DNA from: Bugula neritina
Lineage: Eukaryota > Animalia > Bryozoa
Assembly: GCA_964035545.1 (NCBI GenBank)
Contig: OZ037767.1
Coordinates: 21,778,628-21,842,627 of the forward strand
Reading direction: 5' to 3'
DNA length: 64,000 nt
The notes beneath the pieces were generated by a model. It did no database searches. It saw only the letters and a list, made by a program, of their open reading frames with translations, and was not told the origin of the DNA. The first letter of the stretch is position 1. Each line of letters begins with the position of its first letter. The position numbers were made by a program, and so were the translations under genes. This document shows positions 1-64,000 of this stretch, in pieces.

Positions 1-303
1 CAGTTGTACTTATCTCAGTTTCTCTGCGATTTGCAAAACCTTGAGTTCATCTTTTGGCACAACAGTGCTCTTCGATTTCATCTTTTAGCTCTTGGCCTAC
101 CAAGATATACATTTTATAAAAAATTCCCAACATTATTAAGCTTACAAGTGATTTACAATCAGAATGAAGGATAAATAGAGACAAACTTGTATTGGGGAAA
201 TTCTAAAGAAGGTTGTAAAGATATGCAAGTACTGGTTTGCTGCATAAGGATCTTTGTAATGTAAAACTATGCAATGTTATGGCAGTCACCTTGATGGTTA
301 TAG

Positions 304-1062
304 GAGGATTCTGTGGGCCTGGAAGAGTTTAAACTCTGGAAGAAGTCTCCAGAAATCTCTGAAGAATCTCCATTTATTAGAAGACTGGTGGCAGAAGATG
401 TGAGACCCTGTCTCAACTTCTCTAGTAAAGAGGTGCATTAGTTATATGATTGTAATTCATGTAAACAAGGACTCGCTAGTTGTATGATCGGCAATGGTAA
501 ATTCAATTTAGTCTTTTCAGGGAACCTATAGAATTTCTGTTTGATTTATAAGTAAAATGGATTCACTAAAATATGGTTCGTTCATTAAAAGCTTCATGGA
601 GTTACCATACCCCCCTCATGAACCTGTTTATAGGTACATGCTGCAAGAGACTCAAGTGCGGACAACTTCATGTGCATAAGTTCATGTGGCTGTAGATTGG
701 ATACACTCTAGAACCAATACATTGTCATGACATTCCTCGGCATGTGTGGTTTCAATTAGTAGTTTCTAGTCTGCCTGATAGATTTGTCATTGATTAGTGT
801 GTCTCTCAGATCTTGGTCATTAATACTGAACTAGTAGGGAAACCCATAGTCCCATACTAGGTTTATCAGTAGCTAAAGGAAACTGCGATTGTGATCTCTT
901 TGTCAGTTGAAGAGATTTATTTTGTGTTTTTGTTAAATATAGTTACAACAGAAAAGTGTGGTGATAATATTGACCTGATGAGTTTAGACTTTGCTGATGG
1001 TAGTATTAGCAGCAGCAGCAACAGTAGCAGCAGTAGATGATAGTAGTAGCAGTAGTAGTACC

Positions 1063-1144
<82 letters not shown>

Positions 1145-4143
1145 CTAGTAGTACTAGTAGTAGTAGTAGTAGTAGTACTAGTAGTAGTAGTAGTGGTAGT
1201 GGTGGTGGTACTGGTGGTGGTACTGGTGGTGGTACTGGTGGTGGTACTGGTGGTACTGGTGGTAGTGGTGGTAGTGGTGGTAGTAGTAGTAGTAGCAGCA
1301 GTAGTAGCAGTAGTAGCAGTAGTAGCAGCTTTAGAAGTGAGAGCAGTGCCAACAGTAGCTATTATATTATTTGTAATCTATAAATTAATCTTATTTTGTT
1401 TCTTTTCCTCAGACTTCAGAGGCCCTACTAAAAGATATATTGCAGAACGTTCTCTCCATAGAGCCTGTTCAGACTCCTCAGAAACGGTTTGTCAACTTAT
1501 ATTCCTGCATTCAGTTTGTGACAATATACTGCATTCTACCCTGTTATTATTTAAGGAGCAGCCGTGGTCTAGGGGTTAGCACGTTTGTCTAGTAAACATG
1601 AAGCCATGGGTTCGAGCCCCAACAAAGGCCATTGGGGATGTTAGGAAGAGCATTCAGTCATAATTGCTCCTGTGCCCCATCTGAATAAGTGCTTTGCTCG
1701 ATTTAAAAAACACCCCTTCCATTAGGGGTTTCTCACATGGATGGTGACTATAAACTTGCATGAGTTACCTTGTCCTTCTGTATGCATAAGTTTTATGATT
1801 CTATTTGTTTAACTATGTGAGAGCCTGAGAGGCAAGTGATGCACTATTTTAAGGGTTTTTTTCACTATAACATGTACGAAAAATATTGACATGAAATATG
1901 TTCTCAACTTTCTGGTAACTTGGGAATTTAGTTTAGTCATAACAAATATCAGTATTGTTTTCTATGTAGTCGCCAAAAACTCAAATTCAGTGGTTTTTAT
2001 TTTAGATATTTATAGAAGCAGCTTTTTTACAGTCAAACCAGTTTATATGTCTAAATTGTTCGGTGTACAGTGTGAATGTGTCACCAATATGTACAACTAA
2101 CTTTCCGTCATGCATTATGATATCTAATCATAGTATAATGTATATCATTGGAGTTATCATCTTTTATTCTGTAGTGTCTGTTCACTATCTAATAGAGAAG
2201 TTATATGTGCCTATCAAATACATGTCACAGCCAATCAGCATCTCCTTTTTGTGTGTCAAGATAGTAGAGACAAGGTAATGTTATTATATAACTGTGGTGA
2301 ACCTAACTCCAATAGCTCATTTTCTGCCATTCATTTGAAGACCTTTGAAGTGTTGTTTTTGCCACTAATGTAGCACAAATTTTTCAAGTCATTCAATTTG
2401 TTTTTAAGCTCTTCATGTGTCCTGCTTCATAGGAATTTATTTGGGCTTTTGAATCTGTGCCTTATGATAAAACTCAGTTTTTATTTTTTAACTAGTAAAG
2501 ATTTGTTAGCTGTACTCTGAAAAGAATATATAAATACTGTTTCTTCTTCACTATGTAGCTTGCGAGATAGAATTGTATATGTCAAGTAAATTAAGAGAAG
2601 TGCTAATGAAACGTAGGAACAATTTTGAAAATCCACATATTTCTACAAAATTTTTATTTATGAAGATTTGTATACTTATTTGTAAACCTTGTGTTTAATA
2701 ATAATTTTTTATCAAGTTGTGTCACAGCTAACATTGAATTACACCATCATATGTATTAGACAATATTTATTCTGTTACCCATCATCTAATTTAATTTATA
2801 ATGGCACAATACTTGTTGTCAATAGTAAAGCTGAAATTTTCATTAAGCTGATTCTTTGAGCAGCACCGGGCACCACCCCACTAGCACTCAAACTGCAAAA
2901 TACTAAGAACCCACTCTTAACTCCTGCTTTGTTTATTTAGTGTTTCGGTTGCAACATAACATATAATAATTTATTATATTTTATATTTTAGATTGTTACA
3001 GTATGCGAACTCTTCTCCTACCTCAGATGTATAAAACAGCAACTTTTCAGCAAACAGACAGGTAAATGCTTCCTGTGTAGATACTTACTGTGTAGATACT
3101 TCCTGTGTAGATACTTCCTGTGTAGATACTTTCCGTGTAGATACTTCCTGTGTAGATACTTCCTGTGTAGATACTTACTGTGTAACTACTTCCTGTGTAG
3201 ATACTTCCTGTGTAGATACTTACTGTGTAACTACTTCCTGTGTAGATACTTCCTGTGTATATACTTCCTGTGTATATACTTACTGTGTAGATACTTACTG
3301 TGTATATACTTCCTGTGTAGATACTTACTGTGTAGATACTTGCTGTGTAACTACTTCCTGTGTATATACTTCCTGTGTATATACTTACTGTGTAGATACT
3401 TACTGTGTATATACTTCCTGTGTAGATACTTACTGTGTAGATACTTGCTGTGTAACTACTTCCTGTGTATATACTTCCTGTGTAGATACTTACTGTGTAT
3501 ATACTTCCTGTGTAGATACTTACTGTGTAGATACTTGCTGTGTAGATACTTCCTGTGTAGCTACTTACCAAATTGCCTGTTGAAACAATAATTTTAATAG
3601 CAAGACCAAAGCTATGTTCACGTCATGCTCCTAAATGTAATATTTTCAAGAAATAGCATCACACATTTCATCTCTTTATTTCTAAGTTACACTTGGTTGT
3701 ATTTACTAGTTTTTAAAGAAATATAAGTTATAACCACATGTATTACTCAGCATGAGAAATTTCAAGTATATTTTGAGATGGAAAAATAGTGGACTGTTGA
3801 GCATGTCCTACTCCTAAAGCAATTTCTTATTTGTGTGTTGTCCATCAGTTTTACCTCAAAATCACTAGTTCCTATTGCTTCTAATGGATCTGCATAGGAT
3901 GCTTCTACAAATGGATTTGCTCTCAGTTGTGGTAACTTATAGTTGTGGTTTTATCGATTTACACTGTCCCCATGCATCAAATAAAACATCCATGGAAACT
4001 CATTGTATATGATGCATAGGCAGCTGAATTCATCTAACATAATAGCTGCAGAGTTGTCTTCTTTAGACTTGGAACTGTTTGAAAAGATTAGACATATGAG
4101 GAAGAATATGGTTTTACAGAGACTTGGCTTTCCTCTCCTCTGA
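304..4143 (+). CDS. RAB3IP: 3' part (last 5 exons) of a Rabin8/RAB3IP-RAB3IL1 family Rab8/Rab3 guanine-nucleotide exchange factor; the 5' part lies upstream of the window
   Basis: GT-AG exons 304-432, 1413-1486, 2175-2274, 2992-3061, 4067-4143 join in phase (450 nt). Translation: EDSVGLEEFKLWKKSPEISEESPFIRRLVAEDVRPCLNFSSKE/TSEALLKDILQNVLSIEPVQTPQKR/VCSLSNREVICAYQIHVTANQHLLFVCQDSRDK/IVTVCELFSYLRCIKQQLFSKQTD/LELFEKIRHMRKNMVLQRLGFPLL*. This matches, from memory, the Rabin8 C-terminal domain motifs EFxLWK..PF....EDxxPCLxF, LSIEPV, VCxxFxYxRxIxQ and RKxMxLxxLG. The ORF track misses it because the exons are short. Confidence 0.82.
997..1329. repeat. (AGT)n/(GGT)n/(AGC)n trinucleotide microsatellite in a RAB3IP-like intron
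   Basis: Directly visible; explains the poly-S/V/L ORFs at 984-1579. Confidence 0.95.
1555..1757 (+). mobile_element. tRNA-derived SINE, about 200 bp, full-length-looking copy
   Basis: Pol III A box (TGGTCTAGGGG) and B box (GGTTCGAGCCC) followed by a non-tRNA body (..CAGTCATAATTGCTCCTGTGCC..GACTATAAACTT). It aligns end to end with the reverse complement of 32666-32864. Confidence 0.85.
3062..3568. repeat. 15-bp minisatellite (TGTAGATACTTCCTG-like), about 33 copies, starting at the exon 2992-3061 splice donor
   Basis: Directly visible; the first unit (GGTAAATGCTTCCTG) overlaps the GT donor. Explains ORFs 3047-3571 and 3340-3591. Confidence 0.95.
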
Positions 4144-4302
4144 TGTACTAAGTATATAACATTGTAATTGAATACACGTACATGTAAGTTCCTTTCTTCA
4201 TATTCCTGTGTTATATCTGATATATAGAAATTATACTCTATGCTTTTTGCTAAATGACAGCCACAACTTATTTGTTCCACCAAAATTCTGTTTACTTTTT
4301 GA

Positions 4303-4308
4303 AATAAA
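4303..4308 (+). terminator. Candidate polyadenylation signal (AATAAA) of the RAB3IP-like gene
   Basis: AATAAA 160 nt after the stop codon, followed by a T/GT-rich tract. Confidence 0.4.
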
Positions 4309-6815
4309 AATTCAACTCAAAATATTTTTTGTATGTTTTTGTAACCATTTGTTTGAATTTTGCACACATTTTTATTTTCTAGCAATACATTGTAATTGAA
4401 AAATACTTGAGTATTTGTTTATGATAAAAGTTTGGGAGAGAACAGATGTGACATATGCTCTTCGCAGCTAAAATAGTTGAGCTACTCCAGTTTACTCACT
4501 GATATTACTTTAGACTGTTATTCTCACCTATTCTAACTTATCTCGGCTTTTTCCAGCTTAAAGGTTGTTTTCAGCCATTTTATTGCAGAACATTTTTTAA
4601 TAATTTACCAAAACTTCAAGGGCAACTCCATTACTTTCCGCATGTTAGTTAGTCTGCTAGCTCAACCATCACATATGAACTTTAATACTCTTATATGTGT
4701 GTACAAACAGTTTACTTCTAGTAGTTACATCCCTTGTGTTAGATGAGAACTATTCACTTAGGCCTTCACCCCAGTATTTCATGAGGAAATTACTTTATAT
4801 GTAATGCAAAACTATGACTTGTGTATCGGTAGTTGTCTGTCCTTTGAGATTTCGTTGTTGCTATTAGCAATGTGCAGCACAAAGCATACAATGCTACTGC
4901 AGCGGCAGGAAATGAATATCTTGTTCTTTAGAGACCGTCACTAGTAACTTGTTCTATAAACCTATGTGTTGTTGTTGGCTTCACTTGATTCGTCATCTTA
5001 CAGTTCAGCTCAGTTTGAATGCATTAGTGTTGTGTTTTAAGATTGTAAATTAATACCTTCAGTGTTTCACTACAACTAGTCCTAGCCTCTGTAAGAGACT
5101 TCACTTTGAAGGAAATTCTCTGTTGCTGTCCTGATGTTCTCTCCGTCCTTCTGGTCAGACTCTAGAATATCAGAATTTTCTATTCCCTGAGCCCATGGCA
5201 CTTACCGCTGAAATAATGTACAGCTTTAGCAGTTTTGGAGTGTTTTCTATTCTTACAGTTATATTGGTGTTGTCAATGTGAAAAGCCAAGAGAGATAAAT
5301 TCAATATATAAACTATTCCCATAAAATTACCATTTTTCATTTTTTGAGATTGGAGATTAGATAATTTTGTTTTTTTTGTTGAGATTATCAAATCTTCAAT
5401 CTCAAAAAACCTCACCCAGGCTTTAATTTGAGTGACCCAAAAACATATTTGAAGATTTGTTAGCACAGCTTCTGTTTTACATTAAGTCAGATTTATTGTA
5501 ATTAGCTGACCCAAAACTATGATTGCAGTTCGATGGGGCAAACAATAAAGCTGTTAATAGGCACTGAATGTCAAATATTGATTGATTAGTGAGGTAACTA
5601 GCAGTGTAAACAAGGTGATGTAACAGAATGCATTCATCACAGCTATATCAATAGATACATTGATTACCAACATATTAGCTTACTCCTTCATCTTAAGCCT
5701 TATCCAACTATTAGATGGAGGATTGAGTGCACAAGATTTCAGTTAGTACATTCACTGTGATTATGATTCAGGTTAGTTGTTTTAACAAATATAACTATTT
5801 TATTTTTTGCTAGTATGATAATATTATGGTAACACTTCCATAATAATTGTATGATTTTTAAATAGTGTAGGTATAATACAACATTTTGTGCGATGGAAAA
5901 ATTAGTTTTTAGCTTAGAAGAGTTGAAGCACATGTGTGCATGGTGTTCCGTTAGTATATTGGGTATGTTACGTACAGTATGGAATCAGCCGTTTTGCCTG
6001 ACTGGAAAAGGCTGCTTAATTAAGATACTATAAATAAGCAAGATAGGAATGCCTTGTTGAATATAAATCAAATATAATTTAATACAAAATACCTATATAA
6101 AATGTGGCAATGTTACGGTAGCATTATTCCTTTAATCAGTGTGACCATCTCATCTCTCTGCTGAAGTGACTTTCAGCAGGTTCTTTAAGTAGCTAGATAG
6201 TCTAGGTTTGGGGGTTGAGGGAGCTACCCTGTAATATTATATTCTAGGCTGTCTAGAGCAATGATGTTGAATGAACAAATTGTTTTTATGAGTCTTGGTT
6301 TTGTTTGAAAATTATGGCAAGTTGAAGCTGTCGCTCTTAACATTTTAAGTTTAATTATAGACTAAAGCTGAAAATAGCATAGCTTTGTCCAAGAGAGTAC
6401 GTAGATTGTATTTCACTAGGAAACTGGCACTGCCATCCATAACATACTGTTTCATGTTAACCATTAGCTGTATTTTATAAGTTGGCTCTATGTATTGTTT
6501 TATGGCTTTCTGCTTTAGTCAGCAGTGATTAGCCATATTTTCTCTTCATTGATTTTATTCAATGCATATAATAAAGCCATTATGTTCTTTACATTTGATT
6601 ATTTGTCTTTTGGAATAGCTATATGCATATCCACTCTATAGCTTTCACTTTATTCAATACAGTTTTTAGTTAAACCAGTCAGCAGGCTGCTTGGAAATTA
6701 TTCAATTTGGTCAAACACTGGTGAAAGAGCCGTATATTTAGATTATTTCAAACCTTTTATGTTGATTATTAAATATTGTTAAGGCGGTTATTATGTTCTA
6801 TACAGAAAGCATTCT

Positions 6816-6829
6816 GTCACCATAGCAAC
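6816..6829 (+). promoter_or_regulatory. RFX-binding X-box (GTCACCATAGCAAC) in the probable dynein promoter
   Basis: Perfect match to the X-box consensus GTNRCC-AT-RGYAAC, about 130 nt upstream of a strong donor (CAG|GTAAGT at 6956/6957). X-boxes are hallmark promoter elements of ciliary genes. Confidence 0.65.
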
Positions 6830-6956
6830 ATTAGACATGGCTACTTGAGTCTGGATTACCTTACAATAACTATGTTATTTGTTACAGCAGCCTTAGAGCT
6901 AGCAGTAACAGCAGTACTTTATGCTATACTATTCTAATTCATGCATCTACTTACAG
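6830..6956 (+). other. Probable non-coding first exon (5' UTR) of the dynein gene; the start is approximate
   Basis: Consensus donor CAG|GTAAGT at 6957 lies downstream of the X-box. A matching acceptor TTGTAG| at 8228 lies 39 nt upstream of the ATG at 8268. Confidence 0.45.
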
Positions 6957-8267
6957 GTAAGTGCTCGTATAAACTTACTTGTTCTTTGTAGTATCTTTAA
7001 AATTATCTGTAAATTGTGCAATGGCTTTCAATAAGGAGACAATTATGAATGTTTTAGAATAAAACTACATAGTGCATAAGTTTAGTCAAATTTAATAAAG
7101 GAAAGAGAGTATTTAGTGGTGGCAGTGTGCTAGGCTGCTAGCATGGTGAAGGCAGCTACATATTTTGTTTCTGAGAATATAACTAGCGCCATATTTAGAC
7201 GTAGTCTTCTGGAAAATGCTTCAACTTCAAATATACCAAATGTTTCTCCAACTGCAATAGTTTTTATTTCATAATTTTCAATAATCTGTATTTCGTATTA
7301 GTAATGGTTGTTTATACATTATTATGTTGTTTTCCATGCGGTTAAAGAAATTAGCTCAACTCTTATAAGTTTTATAGCTGTAGTGGATATTGTTCAGAAT
7401 TATTATATTAAATTGAAAGTTATGCATATACTGGATATTCTCAAAATAGGCATTCATGTATATAAACTGTCCTTCAACTTACACTTATAGTTGAAATTAT
7501 AAAATATGTTATACAACTTGATTGGGCTCAGCGCCGTTTGAAACTTTAGCCTTAGCAGTCTGTAAAAGTGTGTGCTAGACAAGTTGGGTGGTGTATGTTA
7601 AGTGGTGTAAATAAAGTGGTGTAGGTTGATTGGTCTAAGGTTGTCACAGTATCAGTATAAATACATAGATGGCGTTTTTAGACACCATGCATTTAGTTTA
7701 CCAAATAATAAAATTCCCCAGTTTATTTCAGCCCTAATATTTCCATTTTTATTAGCCTGTTAAAAGAGTGTAATCTGGAGCATATTCACATGCGCCCATT
7801 CTAGTTGTGTTTAGTTGCTATCACTACTAGCTGTTGATTAAATAGCACCATAGCTAAATCTAACTGTGTAATTACAGTGTCATATTATGTTTATTCAATA
7901 TCTTTATCGGGCATGCATAAATAGGAAAATCTAAATCTGACAAGCTGTATTAGTTTGTTTGTTTTTAGAGCTAAATTGAAGCAAGCCAACTAATTAGTTT
8001 CCTACCGGTTTTTAAAATGTCTATTGAACATTAATCTTGTAGCAAGTATTCTGATAGCATTCCTATTATCAATATTTCCTATATATTATCAAGATTTCCT
8101 ATATATTATATTATCAAAAATTTCCTACGTAGTATTAATATATCCTATTATATTAATAAGATTTTCCAAAACCTAGATATTATTAGTATTTTGTAGATAT
8201 CATGAATATATCCCATGTATTATTGTAGACTATAAAACTGCACACTATAGTTGATTAAAAACCCAAA

Positions 8268-59129
<50,862 letters not shown>

Positions 59130-59267
59130 GCACCGCCCATTTATTGACTTCAAAACTTTATATTTACTTATTCTATTTCATATCCGTCCAAATTCACATG
59201 CCAGCGTATTCATTTTCTACTCTTTTGAACTTATAATAGCCATTGTGTTGAAGTTTATTGCTGTGAA

Positions 59268-59273
59268 AATAAA
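59268..59273 (+). terminator. Candidate polyadenylation signal of the dynein gene (a second AATAAA at 59330)
   Basis: AATAAA 139 nt after the TAA stop, followed by a T-rich tract. Confidence 0.5.
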
Positions 59274-61243
59274 ACATGTCTCAATTTTTATTTAGATTTT
59301 ATTAAATAATATTTTGGTGCATTTTTGCAAATAAAAATTTTAAAAACCATCCAGATTTTAATTGTTGCTTTTTGCTGATAATCTTTGCTCAAAGTTATAT
59401 ACTATTATATACTGTTACTAATCTTTGAATCTAATACAATATTATAATAAATTTTGCATACAGCTAACCAATCAAGATTTCTTTTAAAAACTTATCTGTA
59501 ATTTACACTCTCCAAATATAAGGTAGCTAGCTGCTTTGGCTATAAACAGCTTCGACATCTGACAACTGACGTGTTGTTTTATATTACTGTATTTAGCAGA
59601 AGAATGTGACATGTGACATCTACTTGCAATCACTTGAACTGTCCTGTCATAATTTAGCCACCTGCAAATGAACTTTAATTGCTCTTACAAACTGACATAT
59701 ATATATATCAGCAAAATTACTGCAATATAATATCCCTACCCACATAAGTCTTAAACATACATAATAGCAATACACCATAATAATATACAGTAAATATGCA
59801 AAAAAACTTACATTTATATTAATAAATTCTAATATTATGTTGCTGTAGTAATATTTGCTACTGTAGTAATCTGTAAGTACTAGTACTGTAGTAATGTGTA
59901 CTATAATGTATGCTACTATAGTAATGTATGTTGTTGTAGTAACATATGCAAATTTAGTAACGTGTAAGGTTAACAAATAAACAAATGTTTAAACCTGGTC
60001 AACATAATAGCTATGTATTGAAAAGCGAAAAATAAAAGGCATTTAAAAGGAATTATTTGTCTGCTTAATGTTTCATAACTATTGAATTGCTTTTAAATTT
60101 CGCTAAGTATGTTTCAATAGGGACATGATAATCGTATAGCAAAATATAGATCAGCTGGCAAGTTTAGCATTCTTTAAAACAAAAGTTTGGTGTAAATGCA
60201 GACTGTACAGAAAGTTGGGAGGGTTTTTCTAGTTCTGTAAGTTTGGAATTATACAGCTAGTTTTAACTTTTACTAAATTTTAATCAACTGCGGTTACACC
60301 TTTTAGCCATAACTTACAGCTAAAAAATTTTCAACATTTTGATCAAACTAGTTTATTTCAAATATTTAATAATTACAGTAATAATCAACATATATTATTC
60401 CTATATTTTAAATCGCACAAGTTAGATTTTTTTGAAGTTATCATCTCTTGACTATTGATAAACTTTACAACATTATAATATATTTGCATTGCAGTGATCT
60501 AATTGGCTGAATGCATATTCACTGTTGATGCAATAGAAACATTGTGTTGAGCAATAATATTCTGTTCACTGGAGTCTCACAGGCAAGTAAGTTACTTTAC
60601 AATTTCTCGAGCCTTTTTATTTGTAAATGTTTATGCAGGCTAATAGCTTTAGTTTGTAAAGTTGTACAAACACCATACTGAATACAATGGTTTTATTTAA
60701 AATAATATGGAAATTGCACCTATTTTAGTTAAATAAATGTGTTAATATTTTAATTATTTAAGCTAACACTTTAATTACTTCTACACAATTTTAAATATAG
60801 TCACTAGCTAAAGTATATGTCTCAGCTAAACCTTTTGTAGAAGCAAAAAGTTTATCACAGCTACTATAGTCACTTTTCTGCAACAATATAATTACGGCTG
60901 CATTGTTCCGAAATATAAGACTTAGTTGCTAAATGCAGTGATTATAAAAATTATTAGGTATTTCAAAATAGTTTTATTATGAATGGGTAATTATGCTTCT
61001 ATACTAAATTGTCAACATAACTACATAATTAAGTGTGTGCTGAAAAGAGAGTAATTAGCAAAATCGTTTATAATAATGTCAAAGATGCTCAGGTCTTTAT
61101 ATGCAGGGAGAGGGATCAATATTTTACTATAATTTATGGAATTATGTCTTAATTAGATGCTGTAAACAGTTGAATATTGCTAGACGTTATCATATCGCAA
61201 GGTTTTTCATAGATAAAAATCCGCTGATCTGGTTAGCTGCTAA

Positions 61244-61544
61244 ACCCCTAGACACACTTTGCCGAACCGTAGACCGTAACGCAAATGTTCAGCCATTTTT
61301 ACAAATGTCCCAGCTTCCTGTACGGCATTGCAGTACGTTAGGATCAAGCAATGCTTGATTAAAAAAAGTTACATCAAGCTTCCATTAGACAGAGAGACGT
61401 TCTCGCCAACTCATTAGATATAAATGTCCAATGAGGTGTTATAAACCGTACCCAATAGTGGACTTTGAGAACTTCAGTTCAGACACATTAAAAATGGCTG
61501 ACAGTTTACGCTACGGCCTACGGTGGCAAAGTGTGTCTAGAGAG
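61244..61544. mobile_element. ~300-bp MITE, PIF/Harbinger (Tourist)-like
   Basis: ~60-bp imperfect terminal inverted repeats (CTAGACACACTTTGCC..CCGTAG..TCAGCCATTTTTA versus the right end AAAAATGGCTGA..CTACGG..GGCAAAGTGTGTCTAG), with TAA on both sides (61241-61243, 61545-61547). No coding capacity. Confidence 0.75.
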
Positions 61545-61969
61545 TAAATGTTGCATATTTTGGAAACATGACATGCTTTATATGAAAATTGTGCTGAACA
61601 AAGTGACAAAACCAATGTTCAGACTACATCTCAGCAATCACATGTTGTTTTGGTCCAAAGAAATCAAGTGCTAATTGAAATCAGGTGCCATGTGCCCAGT
61701 AGCAACAAAGATCCTACTATGTGCAGTTTTATTGGGCGTGACTTCAGTTTTAGATAGTCCAATATAAATGGGAGTTATAGTTTGATATTCAGAAAGCAAA
61801 AAAACTCTGTTTTGTTCACTTATGTATAGAACACATAGCTCTGCCTTTTCAATGAGTGTAACAGATTGCAAAGCTGTAGGAGTGTTTAAAAACAAGTAGC
61901 GTTAAAAAGTGCTTGAAAATAGGTTATCCTGGTTTAAACTATGTGTACATCACAAAAATGTTAAATATG

Positions 61970-62265
61970 CTAGTGTATATTATATGCTATGGAATGTATG
62001 TATATAATATTACGTGTGTATTATGTGTGGAATTATATGTATGTATATTGTATAGTATTATATTATATGTATTTGTATAATATGTAGGTCTATATGTATA
62101 TGATGTTATGTTTGTATATTATTACATATGTGTATTGTGTGTGAAATAATATGTATGTATGTTATTATATTATATATGTTTAGATATACATGATGCATGT
62201 TATAATCATGTTTATGTGCTATGGGTGTTATAATATGTGCTTATTGTGTGTATTGTGTGTTTATG
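61970..62265. repeat. TA/TG-rich low-complexity tract
   Basis: Visible degenerate (TATG)n-like sequence. Confidence 0.6.
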
Positions 62266-64000
62266 AGATGGAAAGCATTGAGGTGTTTCTTTAATTGAAG
62301 TTTAGACCCAAAAGTTGTTAAGTTTCAGAAATTGACATCATTTGAATTTTATTGCTCTAGCTTAATTTTTCAAATCATATTTCTCTTTCAAGTTTTGTAG
62401 TTGAACATAAAAGCAAGCGCTACTGACTACTGCTAGAGCCAAGTGTAGGGCTGCATGTGTGTATTTTTTTAATGTCATTTTATCTCCAGCTCTCACTACT
62501 TAGGCAAATTGATTACTCCATTTTATATTTCAATGTGTAAATATATTTCAAGAAGCACAACATACATATGTGGCAATACTTTAAGAATTAGATACTGCAT
62601 TTAATCCTTACTGTAATTATTTGTTTCATGTCCATTAACAAACTAATTGAGGTGTTTAACTGTATAAGATGTCTATCATATACCAGGCAATTGTGTTGTA
62701 CATTGACTCTGTAGCACGCAATGTCAACATTACCTTTACATAAGAATTATATACATAGACAAGCATAGGGACACTGTTCTATGAATACAATAAAACAAAA
62801 CTAGCTGCATGTCTTGAAGAAAGTATGTCAAGCTTTAGCTGTTTATGCAATTAAAGTAACTAAACCTTGAGTTGTTTTGCTTTAAGGGAAAATAATTTAA
62901 GTTCTACAATTCCAGTATTACTAAGTGACCCACAGATACAAGTTTTCATGCATGCAACTCAAATAGTTATTTGTCTTTTTGTTACAATTTAAAAAGAAAG
63001 TTCGCTATAAAAAGAAATCATGATAATTCAATTGTTTATACAAAAACTAAAGTGAATGCAAATTAGATAACCTTAGGTACAATGACATACATCAAATATT
63101 TAATTATCTTATGTTCACAAATGCTGCATAAATTAGAATACATTACGTGCATTACACTGATTACAGACATTTACAAAGCATGCTCACCTAGGTTCAAGCA
63201 TACCTTTAAAGTAGAGATTATATTCAAGTATATGCGTTATATAGTTGTAAATCCTGTCAAGAAAGCACATTCAATCTGTAATGAAGAGGTTTGTCACTGC
63301 CTTCCTACTTATGCAAATACTAGAAAATCCACTCATTGCACACATTGCAATATGTAATGACTCTGTTTAGCTTGGGATCCTATTCTTAGAGTAGTATTTA
63401 GTACTGTTGTGTCCACTTGTTCCACCTTTCCCATTTCAAGTTTTATTTACACCCTTAGTTATACTTACCTTGCCCGCATATATGTGTATGTATAGATCTT
63501 ATTTATTTATGAAATAATTCAAGACTATTCTGTAAAAACTTAACAGTTCAGTCTAATATGCATTTATTTTATTTTATATGTTTTTAGAATAATTACCAAA
63601 GCAATGTTTTACATCAAAATTGCGTAAATATTATGAGAAGTTAAAACAAATGTACTTTCAGTACAAGAAAAGTTCTGCTATTTAACTGTAAACTTTGAAA
63701 GCCTAGAGTATATCTTCTTGCAAGTTGACAACACCTTCCAGGTGTTCTGAGTGGCCAATGCTGTAATAATTGTTACTTCTTGTTGTACAGTGATTTGCAA
63801 TCAGGAAAAATTACTAGAAAAATCAGTTAAACCATTTTGAGTCTTTGAGACCTTTTCACTCATACGTAAAAGAGATTTGCCCTATCAAAAATAGTCCTTG
63901 TAATATTATGTTATGCTTTAAAGCTTCTTAAAATGTGTGAAAATAGCAGCGGCTGCAAGATTTAAATAAACTTGCTGCAAACGATAACAAGTTTATTCTA

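Noticed and set aside
1-100. Possible minus-strand exon
   Set aside because: All three frames after the putative acceptor hit stops within a short distance and no homology is recognisable.
984-1579. Poly-Ser/Gly, poly-Val and poly-Leu ORFs
   Set aside because: Translations of a trinucleotide microsatellite inside an intron.
1555-1630. tRNA gene (A and B boxes present)
   Set aside because: No convincing cloverleaf or acceptor stem; the sequence continues into a body shared with other dispersed copies, so it is a SINE head.
3047-3591. SIYTG-repeat ORFs
   Set aside because: Translations of a stop-free 15-bp intronic minisatellite.
59300-64000. Possible downstream gene (short ORFs at 59647, 61101, 61671, 63082; a minus-strand donor-like site near 63465)
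   Set aside because: AT-rich, no recognisable protein motifs and no consistent exon chain.

Overview
Eukaryotic (invertebrate-animal-like, AT-rich, GT-AG intron-dense) genomic DNA with two + strand genes. (1) 304-4143: the last five coding exons of a Rabin8/RAB3IP-family Rab8 GEF. (2) 8268-59129: a complete axonemal outer-arm dynein heavy chain of the DNAH5/DNAH8 (gamma-HC) class. I reconstructed it by hand as 81 phase-consistent coding exons (13,872 nt, 4,623 aa); it is preceded by a canonical RFX X-box. Four copies of a tRNA-derived SINE, a PIF/Harbinger-like MITE and more than 20 unrelated intronic tandem repeats are also present. Best leads: (a) a ~2.4-kb uninterrupted ORF inside dynein intron 3 that ends at an in-phase GT donor and may be an alternative first exon giving a ~790-aa disordered N-terminal extension; (b) an intronic 36-bp x8 minisatellite whose unit is a composite Forkhead (TGTTTAC) + RFX X-box module, a possible repeat-born ciliary enhancer inside a ciliary gene; (c) minisatellites that repeatedly start at, or duplicate, splice junctions and create decoy splice sites; (d) candidate 12-, 30- and 39-nt cassette exons. 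All of this comes from reading the sequence. No searches or transcript data were available, the species cannot be determined, and homolog comparisons are from memory.
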